Below are positions 54,723 through 64,000 of a DNA stretch of 64,000 nt, one piece after another. The DNA lies in the NCBI GenBank assembly GCA_002328165.1, contig DCWS01000016.1, positions 3,437-67,436 on the forward strand. The letters are read 5' to 3'. The position numbers were made by a program, and so were the translations under genes. The notes beneath the pieces are model-generated. The model was given only the letters and a program-made list of their open reading frames with translations, was not told the DNA's origin and ran no database searches. Numbering within the stretch: the stretch's first letter is position 1; the number at the start of each line of letters is the position of its first letter. Origin of the DNA: Desulfobacteraceae bacterium UBA2156 (lineage in GTDB: Bacteria; Desulfobacterota; Desulfobacteria; Desulfobacterales; UBA2156).

Positions 54723-56663
54723 ATGTGTGGTATCGTCGGTTTTAGAACAAAAAATCATTTTAACCAACTGAAAGCCTCTCTTTCCCCTGCGGCGAAGACC
54801 CTTGCCCACCGGGGGCCGGATGACTCGGGTCTTTTTTTGGATGAGAATAGCGGTATCGGGCTAGCCCATCGACGGTTGTCGATCATCGACCTTTCGGATG
54901 CCGGGCATCAGCCGATGAAGTGCAATGAAGCTGAGATATATATTGTATACAACGGTGAGATTTACAACTTCATGGAAATCAGAACGATCCTTGAAAGCTA
55001 TGGATTCCGGTTTCAAAGCGCCACAGATACAGAAGTCGTGTTGAACGCATATCTTCAATGGGGCGTTGAATGTCTGCACCAGTTTGTCGGGATGTTTGCG
55101 TTTGCCATATGGGACGGGAGAGATCGATCCCTTTTTCTGGCCCGTGATCGATTGGGCATTAAACCGCTATTTTTTTACAAAAGTGAAGACGGGCAAACCT
55201 TAATTTTTGCTTCAGAGCTAAAAGCAATCATGGCTTTTGAAAGTTTTAAAAGAGAGGTCCATTCAAATGCCATACCGCTATTTCTTCATTATCAGTATAT
55301 ACCGGCTCCTGGAACGATTTTCAAAAATACGTACAAGCTGCTCCCCGGGCACTTTATTTTAGCGACTGAACAAGACATTAAAGCGCTTCCGTATTGGTCG
55401 TTGCCACAGCAATCTTCGACAATCGATTCCGGTACTCAAGGTGAGGTCGAACACCTACCACAATTGGACGCCCATTTAACAACGGCTGTGTCGGATCGAC
55501 TGATCAGCGACGTTCCGTTGGGCGCTCTTCTTAGCGGCGGAATAGATTCTTCGATCGTCGTGGCGCTGATGCAAAAGGTGAGCAAACGTCCGGTTCGAAC
55601 ATTTAGCATTGGTTTTCAAGAAAAAGGTTATGATGAAGCACCATGGGCAGCCAGGGTCGCCAAACATTTGCGAACAGATCACACCGAGTTTTATGTTACA
55701 TCCAAAGATGCCTTTGATGTGATATCGGGGCTACCGGAATTTTACGATGAACCGTTTGCGGATTCCTCAGCAATTCCCAGCTATTTGGTTTCTCATCTTG
55801 CACGACGGCACGTCACCGTTGTGCTTTCCGGAGACGGGGGAGATGAACAGTTTTGCGGCTATGTCCGTTACTGGACAACCGTGGCAATGGCTGCGGCTTT
55901 TCGACATATTCCAGGATTTCTGACAGGCGTGGCCGAAAAGGTGTTGAGAAAAATCCCGGCGCCAATAGCTGAAAAAACATACCGACTGTTTCAATCGCTT
56001 TTGCCGCAACGGTTTCAAGTCGCCAATTTTCCGGATAAATGGCAAAAATTGATTTCTCTTTTAAATGAAACAGAGATATCCGAGCTATACCGGACGACAA
56101 TCTCTCTTTGGTCCAAGGAGGAGATATTTCACATCCTGGCAAGAGCGCTTCCAGAGAGCCGATATGAAGATATTTTCAAAGAGACCGGAGACGGTTCGGT
56201 TCTACCTCGGCTGTTGAGAGTCGACCAAGCGACTTATCTCCCGGATGCGCTGTTGACCAAAATCGACCGGGTCAGCATGGCCAACGGACTGGAGATCAGG
56301 GTTCCGTTATTGGACCATCGCATCCTGGAGTACACTGCGGGGTTGCCTATCGATCTGAAATACAAAAATGGCGTCGCTAAGTATTTACTCAAAAAACTTC
56401 TTCAAAAATATTTACCAAACGATCTCTTTGAACGTCCAAAAATGGGTTTTGGTGCCCCGATTGACTTATGGTTACGCCACGGTCTAAAAGAGCTACTTTT
56501 GGATTATCTTTCTTCCGACAGGCTGAGGAAAGAAGGCTTATTTAATTTATCCTTCGTTGAGAAAAGGATAAAGGAGCACCTGTCCGGCAAGGTCAACCAC
56601 CAGTACCGCCTATGGTCTCTTTTGATGTGGGAGATGTGGCGGGAGCGCTGGCTTAATTCTTAA
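54723..56663 (+). CDS. asnB: asparagine synthase (glutamine-hydrolysing)
   Basis: MCGIVGF N-terminal nucleophile Cys, so ATG 54723 is preferred over 54717. LSGGIDSS PP-loop. Confidence 0.88.
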   Translation: MCGIVGFRTKNHFNQLKASLSPAAKTLAHRGPDDSGLFLDENSGIGLAHRRLSIIDLSDAGHQPMKCNEAEIYIVYNGEIYNFMEIRTILESYGFRFQSATDTEVVLNAYLQWGVECLHQFVGMFAFAIWDGRDRSLFLARDRLGIKPLFFYKSEDGQTLIFASELKAIMAFESFKREVHSNAIPLFLHYQYIPAPGTIFKNTYKLLPGHFILATEQDIKALPYWSLPQQSSTIDSGTQGEVEHLPQLDAHLTTAVSDRLISDVPLGALLSGGIDSSIVVALMQKVSKRPVRTFSIGFQEKGYDEAPWAARVAKHLRTDHTEFYVTSKDAFDVISGLPEFYDEPFADSSAIPSYLVSHLARRHVTVVLSGDGGDEQFCGYVRYWTTVAMAAAFRHIPGFLTGVAEKVLRKIPAPIAEKTYRLFQSLLPQRFQVANFPDKWQKLISLLNETEISELYRTTISLWSKEEIFHILARALPESRYEDIFKETGDGSVLPRLLRVDQATYLPDALLTKIDRVSMANGLEIRVPLLDHRILEYTAGLPIDLKYKNGVAKYLLKKLLQKYLPNDLFERPKMGFGAPIDLWLRHGLKELLLDYLSSDRLRKEGLFNLSFVEKRIKEHLSGKVNHQYRLWSLLMWEMWRERWLNS

Positions 56664-56808
56664 ATTCTGACAAAATTATGACTTGAATGCCGCTTGGATC
56701 GGGTTTATAATTTTATTAATTATTTTCTGATTTTTCAAAAAGAGTGTGCTCAAAAGAGGACTTTTTGCAAAGGCCTCATTATCGAGGAAGCAAAGGGAGG
56801 AACTGTAT

Positions 56809-57216
56809 ATGGGAAACCCGTCGAAGAGAGCGAGCTTGTGTTTTGCGGCCGGCTGTTTGGGCGCTCTGGCGAACAGCTGGTCAGTTTGGTATTTCGGATC
56901 AAAAGGCATCCCGGTATCGTTTGGTGTGACGATCGCCCCGTCTTTTTCGCTTGCCTGGCTTTATCCTCGTATTGTCTGGGGGGGGCTTTGGGGGCTGCTC
57001 TTTCTCCTTCCAGTGATGAAAAATCGTTTTTTATCAAGGGGTTTGCTTTTCAGCCTCGGTCCCACACTGGTTCAGCTTTTTATTGTTTTTCCGATGAAGG
57101 CCCATAAAGGGGTGATGGGGCTGACACTCGGAACACTTACCCCTGCGTTTATATTTCTTTATAATGTCATATGGGGCCTGGTAGCAGCGATATGGCTGCG
57201 CTGGGCGGATAAATAA
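56809..57216 (+). CDS. small integral membrane protein, unknown function
   Basis: ATG 56809 with an AGGGAGGA SD. 135 aa, about 4 TM segments. Confidence 0.45.
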   Translation: MGNPSKRASLCFAAGCLGALANSWSVWYFGSKGIPVSFGVTIAPSFSLAWLYPRIVWGGLWGLLFLLPVMKNRFLSRGLLFSLGPTLVQLFIVFPMKAHKGVMGLTLGTLTPAFIFLYNVIWGLVAAIWLRWADK

Positions 57217-57335
57217 ATCCAATGCCTGTGTAAATCGGGCGCTTATCTTCTGCCTGAACCAAAATTGAAGGTGATCTAAAGTAAAAATGTGATTTCACTT
57301 CACCTTTCAATAATCAGCAAAGTGGATATATTTCG

Positions 57336-57941
57336 ATGAAAGAGATAAGGTTTCATGGCCGCGGAGGGCAAGGGACGGTGGTGGCCTCGGTCATCCTGGC
57401 AAAGGCCTTTTTTTCCGCTGGGTACTATGTGCAGACTTTTCCCCACTTTGGTGTGGAGAGGCGGGGGGCGCCGGTTGAGGCATACCTGCGGCTCGATAAG
57501 AAGAAGATCCTGATCAGAAGCAATGTGTATAATCCGGACGCTGTAATTGTTCAGGACCGCAAGCTTCTGGAGACAGCGGATGTGACAAAGGGCCTCAAAC
57601 CCGGTGGGTGGATTTTGATAAATTTCCCGGTCCGTCCGGAGAACCTGGAACCGTTTATTGGATATAAACTGGCATATGTGGATGCCACCGGTATTGCGGT
57701 GGAAAACAATTTGGGAACCCATACCCATCCGATGGTAAATACGGCAATGACGGGGGCGTTTTCTGGAATTTTGGAGACACTGCCACTGCATGCGGTGACC
57801 TCGGCGATCCAAGAGGAAATTTCTGTGAAGCCGGAACAAAATGTGAAGGCGGCTACTCTTGCATTTGAAGCAGTGGCCTGTTTTGGCATAGTGAACCAGT
57901 ACAACGGCGTGGGAAAAATAGAGAAACAGAAAAATGAATAA
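57336..57941 (+). CDS. 2-oxoacid:ferredoxin oxidoreductase gamma subunit
   Basis: 201 aa. IRFHGRGGQGTVVASVILAKAFF is typical of PorC/VorC. Confidence 0.85.
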   Translation: MKEIRFHGRGGQGTVVASVILAKAFFSAGYYVQTFPHFGVERRGAPVEAYLRLDKKKILIRSNVYNPDAVIVQDRKLLETADVTKGLKPGGWILINFPVRPENLEPFIGYKLAYVDATGIAVENNLGTHTHPMVNTAMTGAFSGILETLPLHAVTSAIQEEISVKPEQNVKAATLAFEAVACFGIVNQYNGVGKIEKQKNE

Positions 57942-59673
57942 AATGACTGCAGAAGAAAAATCGGTAAATGGGATTCCGTTATTTTATGCACGATCTCATA
58001 TGTCCACCGAAATCAATAAAACCGGTCTGTGGCGGTTTGTTCGGCCGAGGTATGATGAAAAAACCGCCCCCTGTAGCGTTGCCTGCCCTGCTGGAACAGA
58101 TATTTCCCGGATCGAGATGCAGATCAGCCGGGGATTGTTCAAGGAAGCAGGGGAAACCCTGCTGCGGGAAAATCCATTCCCTTCGGCTTGCGGGCATGTC
58201 TGTTTTCATCCCTGTGAAGCGTTCTGCAACAGGAACGAATGGGATGAGCCTGTTGCAATTCAGCACCTTGAACGGTTTCTCGGCGATACGGTTTTGTCGA
58301 ACGGGAAGGAGAGGGCGATGAACCCGTTTCCGGACAACGGGAAGAGGGTTGCCATTGTCGGCGCCGGGCCGGCGGGTCTGTCTGCGGCCTATTTTATGGC
58401 AGCGCTGGGTTACACTTGCGAAGTTTTCGATCAGCATCCCGAACCAGGCGGGGTCCTGCGTTGGGGAATTCCTAACTTTCGATTACCGGCCTACATTTTA
58501 AAAAATGAAATCCAGCGGATTGAACGCCGGGGTGTCAGAATCCATTGCCAAAAATCGGTGACCCAAGATTTTCTCAAAAATGAGAAGGGACGGTTTGATG
58601 CGATTGTCATGGCCTGCGGACACACAAAACCGTTGGAAATGAAAATCCCGGGGGCGGGGAAAGCAATCGAAGGGCTCGAATTTCTCCATCAATTTCGCAA
58701 GAATCAAACATCCGGGTTTAGAGGGTCTTCAGCAGTGATCGGCGGCGGGAATACCGCCGTTGATGTTGCCCGGTCCTTGGTTCGCGCGGGGACAAATCCT
58801 ATTTTGGTATATCGCAGGCGCAAAAAAGACATGCCGGCATTTCAGCACGAAGTGAACATGGCCATTAAGGAGGGTGTGGAAATTATCGAACTGGTTGCCC
58901 CTTTGCAGATACAGGAACAAAAAGGTGGGTATCTTCTGACACTGCAGCAAATGAAGACCAGCGGAAGGGATGAAATGGGCCGGGCGAATGTTGTTCCCGA
59001 TGGATCCGGGAATCAAACCCTGTCGGTCCGGAATGTTTTCAGCGCCATTGGCGCCGAAGCCGGTAAATCCTGGTATCTTCCTGCAGATAATACAGGCAAA
59101 AACTTAAACCTGACCCACACGGTATTTACAGTGGATGATCGGCCGGTGATTTTTGGTGGTGATTTAACCAACCAGATAAAAAGCGTGGCCGATGCCATCG
59201 CATCGGGAAAACAGGCGGCAATGGCTCTGGATATTTATTTTAAAAAAGGCTGGGAAGCCATCGAAGAAAGTATTGATGACTGTCGGGTAGGGGATGGGCC
59301 ATCTCTTTCGATGGAGATCTATCGCAGCGGTGACCGCAAAAAGAGAAATCCCTACATTGTTTTGTTTGATGAAATCAACACTGATTACTTTGAATCGTCC
59401 TCCCGGGTTCCCGCGACCCATGGAAGAAACGACACCCATCTGCCCACTGAACCTGAGCCGGCTTTGCCAACCGAGGCAGCAATAAAAGAAGCCGAACGAT
59501 GTTTTAACTGTGGTATATGTAACGATTGCGATAACTGTTGGTTGTTTTGCCCCGAGGTCGCTGTGGGTCGGGGCGAAAAGAGGGTGATTGATCTTGATTA
59601 CTGTAAAGGATGCGGCATCTGTGTGGTGGAATGTCCCCGAAACGCCATCGTCCTGGAGGAGGAGAGCATATGA
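57934..59673 (+). CDS. GltD-like NAD(P)H flavoprotein fused to a 2x[4Fe-4S] delta-subunit-type ferredoxin domain
   Basis: 579 aa. GltD-type N-terminal Cys cluster (CSVACPAG...ACGHVCFHPCEAFCNR). FAD/NAD fold VAIVGAGPAGLSAAYF..GGVLRWGIPNFRLP. C-terminal CFNCGICNDCDNCWLFCP and CKGCGICVVECP. Confidence 0.8.
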   Translation: MNKMTAEEKSVNGIPLFYARSHMSTEINKTGLWRFVRPRYDEKTAPCSVACPAGTDISRIEMQISRGLFKEAGETLLRENPFPSACGHVCFHPCEAFCNRNEWDEPVAIQHLERFLGDTVLSNGKERAMNPFPDNGKRVAIVGAGPAGLSAAYFMAALGYTCEVFDQHPEPGGVLRWGIPNFRLPAYILKNEIQRIERRGVRIHCQKSVTQDFLKNEKGRFDAIVMACGHTKPLEMKIPGAGKAIEGLEFLHQFRKNQTSGFRGSSAVIGGGNTAVDVARSLVRAGTNPILVYRRRKKDMPAFQHEVNMAIKEGVEIIELVAPLQIQEQKGGYLLTLQQMKTSGRDEMGRANVVPDGSGNQTLSVRNVFSAIGAEAGKSWYLPADNTGKNLNLTHTVFTVDDRPVIFGGDLTNQIKSVADAIASGKQAAMALDIYFKKGWEAIEESIDDCRVGDGPSLSMEIYRSGDRKKRNPYIVLFDEINTDYFESSSRVPATHGRNDTHLPTEPEPALPTEAAIKEAERCFNCGICNDCDNCWLFCPEVAVGRGEKRVIDLDYCKGCGICVVECPRNAIVLEEESI

Positions 59674-60839
59674 AACAGGTCATGGAGGGAAGCCATGCAG
59701 CATCGGAAGCGGTGCGTCTGGCAAAGGTTCAGGTGATCTCTGCCTATCCGATCACCCCACAGACACATATCGTGGAGGCATTGGCGGAATATTGCGAAAA
59801 TGGCACCATGGATGCGCGATTTTTATGTGTGGAAAGTGAGCACTCTGCCTTGGCTGCGGTGATCAGCGCTTCGACCATGGGGGTGCGAACATTTACTGCT
59901 ACATCTTCACACGGGCTGGCCCTGATGCATGAACTTTTGCATTGGGCTTCCGGTGCTCGCCTTCCGATTGTTATGGCGGAGGTAAACCGTGCGCTGGGGC
60001 CCGGATGGAATATCTGGGCCGATCAGACCGACAGTCTCGCCCAACGGGATACCGGGTGGATACAATTTTACTGTGAAGATGGTCAGGAAGTTTTTGATAC
60101 CACACTTCACGCGTTCCGGCTGGCCGAATGGGTGAATCTTCCGGTCATGGTGATCCAGGATGCTTTTTTTCTTTCTCACACTCTTGAACCGGTCGATATC
60201 CCCGATCAGAAACAGGTGGATCAATTTCTTCCCCCATTTTCATCTGGTGTAAAGCTTGACACCGAAAAGCCCTGCAACATGGGCCAGCTGACGCCCCCAT
60301 CGATCTACATGGAAATGCGACAGCATATCCAGATGGCCATGGAACAGGTCAGTTCATGTTATTCAGAGGTGGAAAAAGAATTTTCAGCCCTATTTGATCG
60401 CCAATACGGTCCGGTGGAACCGGTGGCATGTGAAGATGCAGAGGTTATACTGGTCGTGAGCGGAACGATCGCCGGTACCTGCCGCTCTGTCATTTCCGAT
60501 TTAAGATCAAAAGGGGAAAAACCGGGGATGCTCAAAATCAAGATGTTCAGGCCCTTTCCTGCTGATTTTGTCCGCCGGGCGGTGAGAGCAGCCAAAAAAG
60601 TTGCGGTTATCGACAGAAATATTTCCTTTGGGGCCGGCGGTATTTTTTGCCAGGAGGTAAAATCCGCCCTTTATAACATGGATCCGCACCCGCCGGTGTT
60701 TGGGTATATTGCGGGACTCGGTGGCAGGGATGTGACGCCGGACAGTCTGGAAGCGATATACTGGAAAACAAAAAAGGGTGATCTTTTAAAGGGAGAGAGT
60801 ACCTGGGTGGAGACTCAGGAAGTGGAGCTAAAAAATTGA
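59670..60839 (+). CDS. 2-oxoacid:ferredoxin oxidoreductase alpha subunit
   Basis: ATG 59670 overlaps the upstream stop (ATGA). MEGSHAASEAVRLAKVQVISAYPITPQT is typical of PorA/VorB. Confidence 0.85.
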   Translation: MKQVMEGSHAASEAVRLAKVQVISAYPITPQTHIVEALAEYCENGTMDARFLCVESEHSALAAVISASTMGVRTFTATSSHGLALMHELLHWASGARLPIVMAEVNRALGPGWNIWADQTDSLAQRDTGWIQFYCEDGQEVFDTTLHAFRLAEWVNLPVMVIQDAFFLSHTLEPVDIPDQKQVDQFLPPFSSGVKLDTEKPCNMGQLTPPSIYMEMRQHIQMAMEQVSSCYSEVEKEFSALFDRQYGPVEPVACEDAEVILVVSGTIAGTCRSVISDLRSKGEKPGMLKIKMFRPFPADFVRRAVRAAKKVAVIDRNISFGAGGIFCQEVKSALYNMDPHPPVFGYIAGLGGRDVTPDSLEAIYWKTKKGDLLKGESTWVETQEVELKN

Positions 60840-60867
60840 GCCTGCACCATGAAAAGGTGGAACTGAT

Positions 60868-61809
60868 ATGATATCAAAAAATATCCCTGATATCGATTAT
60901 CTCTACCCAGGGCATGTGGCATGCCCGGGTTGTGGCGCTGCCATTGCCATGAAATTTGCATTAAAAGTATTGGGTGAAAAGACCGTGGTTGTGATCCCCG
61001 CGTGTTGTTGGGGGGTTATTTCAGGCGCTTACCCACAGACCAGTCTCAAGGTACCGATTTTGCATGCCACATTTGCCACGGCCGGGGCTACCGCCAGCGG
61101 TGTTCGGGCATCTTTGGATATGCAGGGAGATAGCGAAACCACGGTAATGGCCTGGGCCGGGGACGGCGGTACCTTTGACATTGGATTCCAATCCCTTTCA
61201 GGGGCGGTTGAACGGAACGAGAATTTTATCTATGTCTGTTATGACAATGAAGCCTATATGAATACAGGGGTTCAGCGGAGTTCATCCACCCCTTACGGTA
61301 CCCAAACCACCACCACACCCGGCCGGAGCTGGAAAAAGACCCATAAGAAGAATATTGTTGAGGCTCTGGCTGCCCACCGTATTCCGTATGCGGCTACCGC
61401 TAACATCGCGTTTCCCGAAGACATGAACCGCAAGTTCACCCGGGCAAAAGATATGAAACAAGGGGTTCGATTTATCCATGTTTTTGCAGCCTGCCCGACA
61501 GGCTGGAATATACCCTCGGAAATGTCCGTCAAGATCTCCCGATTGGCGGTCCAGTCTAATGTGTTCCCGCTATACGAAGTCATAGACGGCACAGCATACA
61601 CCCTCAATTTCACCGGAGGCAAACCGGTGAAAGACTACATGAAAGTGCAGGGCCGGTTTAAACATCTGACAGACGATGATCTTGAAGATATCCAGGGGAT
61701 GGTTGACCGTGACTTTGCACTTTTGCAAACCAAAGTGCAGAGCACAAGTGTCAGTTCACCTACTCAGGAAACGGCATCCCGGCGGAGTGGGGGAGTGAAA
61801 CCTGTGTAG
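60868..61809 (+). CDS. 2-oxoacid:ferredoxin oxidoreductase beta (ThDP-binding) subunit
   Basis: 313 aa. CPGCG, GDGGTFDIGFQSLSGAVERNENFIYVCYDNEAYMNTG ThDP motif. Confidence 0.85.
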   Translation: MISKNIPDIDYLYPGHVACPGCGAAIAMKFALKVLGEKTVVVIPACCWGVISGAYPQTSLKVPILHATFATAGATASGVRASLDMQGDSETTVMAWAGDGGTFDIGFQSLSGAVERNENFIYVCYDNEAYMNTGVQRSSSTPYGTQTTTTPGRSWKKTHKKNIVEALAAHRIPYAATANIAFPEDMNRKFTRAKDMKQGVRFIHVFAACPTGWNIPSEMSVKISRLAVQSNVFPLYEVIDGTAYTLNFTGGKPVKDYMKVQGRFKHLTDDDLEDIQGMVDRDFALLQTKVQSTSVSSPTQETASRRSGGVKPV

Positions 61810-61820
61810 GCTGAAGTGCA

Positions 61821-62726
61821 TCAGCTCGATTGAGGGCGTTCACCGATCAGGCGGTCAGTACTGCTTTCCAGTCTTATGGGGAGCGTCAGACAAAAAGTGG
61901 CCCCTTGTTCTTTATCGCTTTTGATTTGAATATTACCACCGAGGCATCGCGCGAGGATAAGGGCTCCAGCAAGACCGAGCCCGTGTCTTTTTCTTTGGAG
62001 TTCGGATGGGGCGCCTTGGATCTGTGTGTATTGCTTAAAGATGGTATCTTGATGTTCGAGTTTGATCCCGGACCCGTCATCGGTAATTTCCAGGATAAAC
62101 TGGTCGTTTTTTATTCTCATTTTGATTTCAACCAGTTTTTTGCGGTAGAAAAGGGCGTTGGTGACAAGATTCAAGAAGATCTGACGAAACTTTGTTTCAT
62201 CCTGTAGCATCTCAATGTTGTTAACACGTGGTGAAATGTCGATGAAAACGCCATTTTCGGAAAAAAATTGATATAGTTCATTTTCTTTCCAATCTTCCTT
62301 TGATTCATCGAAAATAGCTCCCAATTCGGTCTCCAGCCCATCCAAAACAACTTCGTGTACGGTCCGGGAGGGTTGAAACCGACAGCAAATGCATGCGCTG
62401 GCTTCGGAGCGACCGATTTCAAGCAAACCATTGACCATTTCACGGGTCTTTTTGATGTTTTTTGCGGCCCGTTTTAATGTTTTTTCCTGCCGGGGGGACA
62501 GGGGGCCGTATTTTTCTTTTCTCTCCAACAAGGAACGGAGACCTGTTTCAACGATCGAAATAGGACCCTTCAATTCATGGATCAGAAACTCGACATTAAT
62601 CTCCTGGAAGAAGCGTTCTGGCGTATCTGATTTTTTTGGATGTTTTTTTTGACTTTTGCTGTCTGTTGTCATCTTTTTTGTCCATAATATCTTCTGTTTT
62701 TTTATCTGCTGTACGATCCAAGGCAT
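61821..62726 (-). CDS. sensor histidine kinase (HisKA + HATPase_c core only)
   Basis: H-box EFLIHELKGPIS. N-box LVTNALFY. G-boxes DDGSGI and GLGLAGALILARCLGG. Start is ATG 62726 or 62672, and either overlaps the upstream kinase gene. Confidence 0.75.
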   Translation of the reverse strand: MPWIVQQIKKQKILWTKKMTTDSKSQKKHPKKSDTPERFFQEINVEFLIHELKGPISIVETGLRSLLERKEKYGPLSPRQEKTLKRAAKNIKKTREMVNGLLEIGRSEASACICCRFQPSRTVHEVVLDGLETELGAIFDESKEDWKENELYQFFSENGVFIDISPRVNNIEMLQDETKFRQIFLNLVTNALFYRKKLVEIKMRIKNDQFILEITDDGSGIKLEHQDTIFKQYTQIQGAPSELQRKRHGLGLAGALILARCLGGNIQIKSDKEQGATFCLTLPIRLESSTDRLIGERPQSS

Positions 62727-64000
62727 ACTGATCCGCCGGTAAGAACTGAACGGTTATTGTGGTTCCACCTGAATGGGGGCAATCTTTTTCTCTCCTGCAC
62801 TGTTTACACAGTTCAATCTTTCCCGGGCAGATATCCTCATCACGGGGGATGTAACCGCATCGTTTCGACGACATCCGGATTTTGAAATTGTACCGTTCAG
62901 AAAAAATTTTCATCCTCAGCAGGTCGAAGCCTTTTCCACCGGCGTTGAAATCATAAGGGTTTCGAGTAGAATACTGCATGATTTCATAGGTGATAAAGTT
63001 ATTTTCAAAAATAAGGCGTTGCTTTTCAGGGGTTATCCCGACACCGTAATCCTTGACTTCAAATTCGGGTCCTTTTTTTCCTTCTCGTACCGTCACTTCG
63101 ATTCGTCCGTTGTCCGGTGTGTTTTCAACCGCGTTGCGTATGAGGCCTTCAATAACCTTTTTAAGAACATCCGGCGGTATCCAGATCGATGATGACGGTT
63201 CAAACCGGGTGATCAGCCGGCAAGTTCGATGAGCAAATCGAGGCTGAAGACTGTTGAGCCAGGTTTCAACAAATTTATTGGGTTCGATCAATTCGGGGAC
63301 GGATTCCCGGGGGCCGAAGAGTTCTTCCACTTTTTGACGAATTTTTCCCAAGATTCTATCAATTCCGGTATCGGCGAGCCCCTTGATGTCTTTACCCGTC
63401 TTCCAAACTTCGGACTCAAACAGAACCTCCAGTTCATCCACACAGGCATCGAGCAAAGGGGAGAGCAGATAATACGTCTGATATTTTCCCTCTCTCAAAA
63501 TATCCTCAATTTCATACTGCATCTCGAGGATCCGGTTCAGGTTCCGCTGCGCCCGTTCCATGATTCGCTTCAAGCTCCCGTCCTTGTAGGCAGAAAACTT
63601 GGCATTTAAAAGGCTCAATGAAGCGGAAAGGATGGAGACGGGTGTTTTCAGCTCGTGGGAGAGATGGTGAATTACCTTGTCTTTCGCTCGGTTCAAGCTC
63701 TCGACTTCCTCATAGGAGCGTCTGAGTGCCTCATTGATACTGGCATTTTCAATCGGAAAAGCCACCGTGTTCGCAATGGTGCTCATCAGTTCCAGGTCTG
63801 TCTGGTCAAATTCGCCCTCTTTCTTATTGACTGCGCAGAGGATACCGATCATTCGATCATAGGTCGAGATCGGAACATCAATCATGTTCCGTGTTTGATA
63901 GTTGGATTGTACGTCCACCTGGTTGAAGAAGTCGGGGCTTTTAGAGGTATCGGGAACAATCACCGGCCGGCCGGTTCTGTACACTTTTCCGGCTACGCCT
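62596..64000 (-). CDS. GAF-domain sensor histidine kinase, 5'-partial (continues beyond the window)
   Basis: The frame is open to the window edge (...GVAGKVYRTGRPVIVPD is GAF-like). H-box HLSHELKTPVS. The HATPase domain carries a Cys-rich insert, RCGYIPRDEDICPGKIELCKQCRREKDC. Confidence 0.75.
   Translation of the reverse strand, partial: GVAGKVYRTGRPVIVPDTSKSPDFFNQVDVQSNYQTRNMIDVPISTYDRMIGILCAVNKKEGEFDQTDLELMSTIANTVAFPIENASINEALRRSYEEVESLNRAKDKVIHHLSHELKTPVSILSASLSLLNAKFSAYKDGSLKRIMERAQRNLNRILEMQYEIEDILREGKYQTYYLLSPLLDACVDELEVLFESEVWKTGKDIKGLADTGIDRILGKIRQKVEELFGPRESVPELIEPNKFVETWLNSLQPRFAHRTCRLITRFEPSSSIWIPPDVLKKVIEGLIRNAVENTPDNGRIEVTVREGKKGPEFEVKDYGVGITPEKQRLIFENNFITYEIMQYSTRNPYDFNAGGKGFDLLRMKIFSERYNFKIRMSSKRCGYIPRDEDICPGKIELCKQCRREKDCPHSGGTTITVQFLPADQYALDRTADKKTEDIMDKKDDNRQQKSKKTSKKIRYARTLLPGD

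Noticed and set aside
57288-57304. CRP/FNR-like site TGTGATTTCACTTCACC upstream of the oxidoreductase operon
   Set aside because: The second half-site does not match TCACA at the required N6 spacing. Only a short GTGA-TT-TCAC palindrome remains, which is weak evidence.
1-64000. CRISPR arrays, rRNA, tRNA, tmRNA, and integron or phage modules
   Set aside because: None recognised on visual scanning of both strands. There are no regularly spaced direct repeats and no GGTTCGAATCC-type T-arms outside coding sequence. This is a by-eye result and should be confirmed with tRNAscan-SE, Infernal and a CRISPR finder.

Overview
This 64-kb chromosomal window appears to come from an anaerobe. The gene content points to Desulfobacterota/Deltaproteobacteria, but that is inference only.

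The core is housekeeping and conserved. On the minus strand it holds ilvD-ilvB-ilvN-ilvC-cimA-leuA, then topA, dprA, secF-secD-yajC, purB and rng. These are flanked by metabolic modules:
- crotonase and a BtuF-like binding protein
- two paralogous class-V aminotransferases, with MFS, HAD and TIM-barrel genes
- mmsA-type aldehyde dehydrogenase
- a DUF1638/DUF2284 pair
- an ACT / PanE-like reductase / HgdC-like activase / single HgdB-like dehydratase / acyl-CoA ligase / thiolase cluster
- a family-1 ABC importer
- asnB
- a four-gene 2-oxoacid:ferredoxin oxidoreductase operon whose delta subunit is fused to a GltD-like flavoprotein
- two histidine kinases

I saw no rRNA, tRNA or CRISPR array by eye.

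Observations worth a second look:
1. An unrecognised ~90-nt conserved leader element, in two full copies and one partial copy, with an embedded Cys-rich small ORF.
2. A 37-nt hairpin repeat in two copies.
3. A classic Ile/Leu-rich leader peptide with terminator and antiterminator upstream of ilvD.
4. An in-frame TGA followed by a SECIS-like hairpin in a periplasmic thioredoxin-fold gene.
5. An in-frame TAG in upp.
6. Four single-base-deficit frameshifts, three of them in poly-A runs. These suggest either homopolymer sequencing error or gene decay.
7. A small higA/IS30 scar.
8. An unannotated Thx ribosomal protein gene.

All functional calls come from motif recognition by eye. No database search was run.
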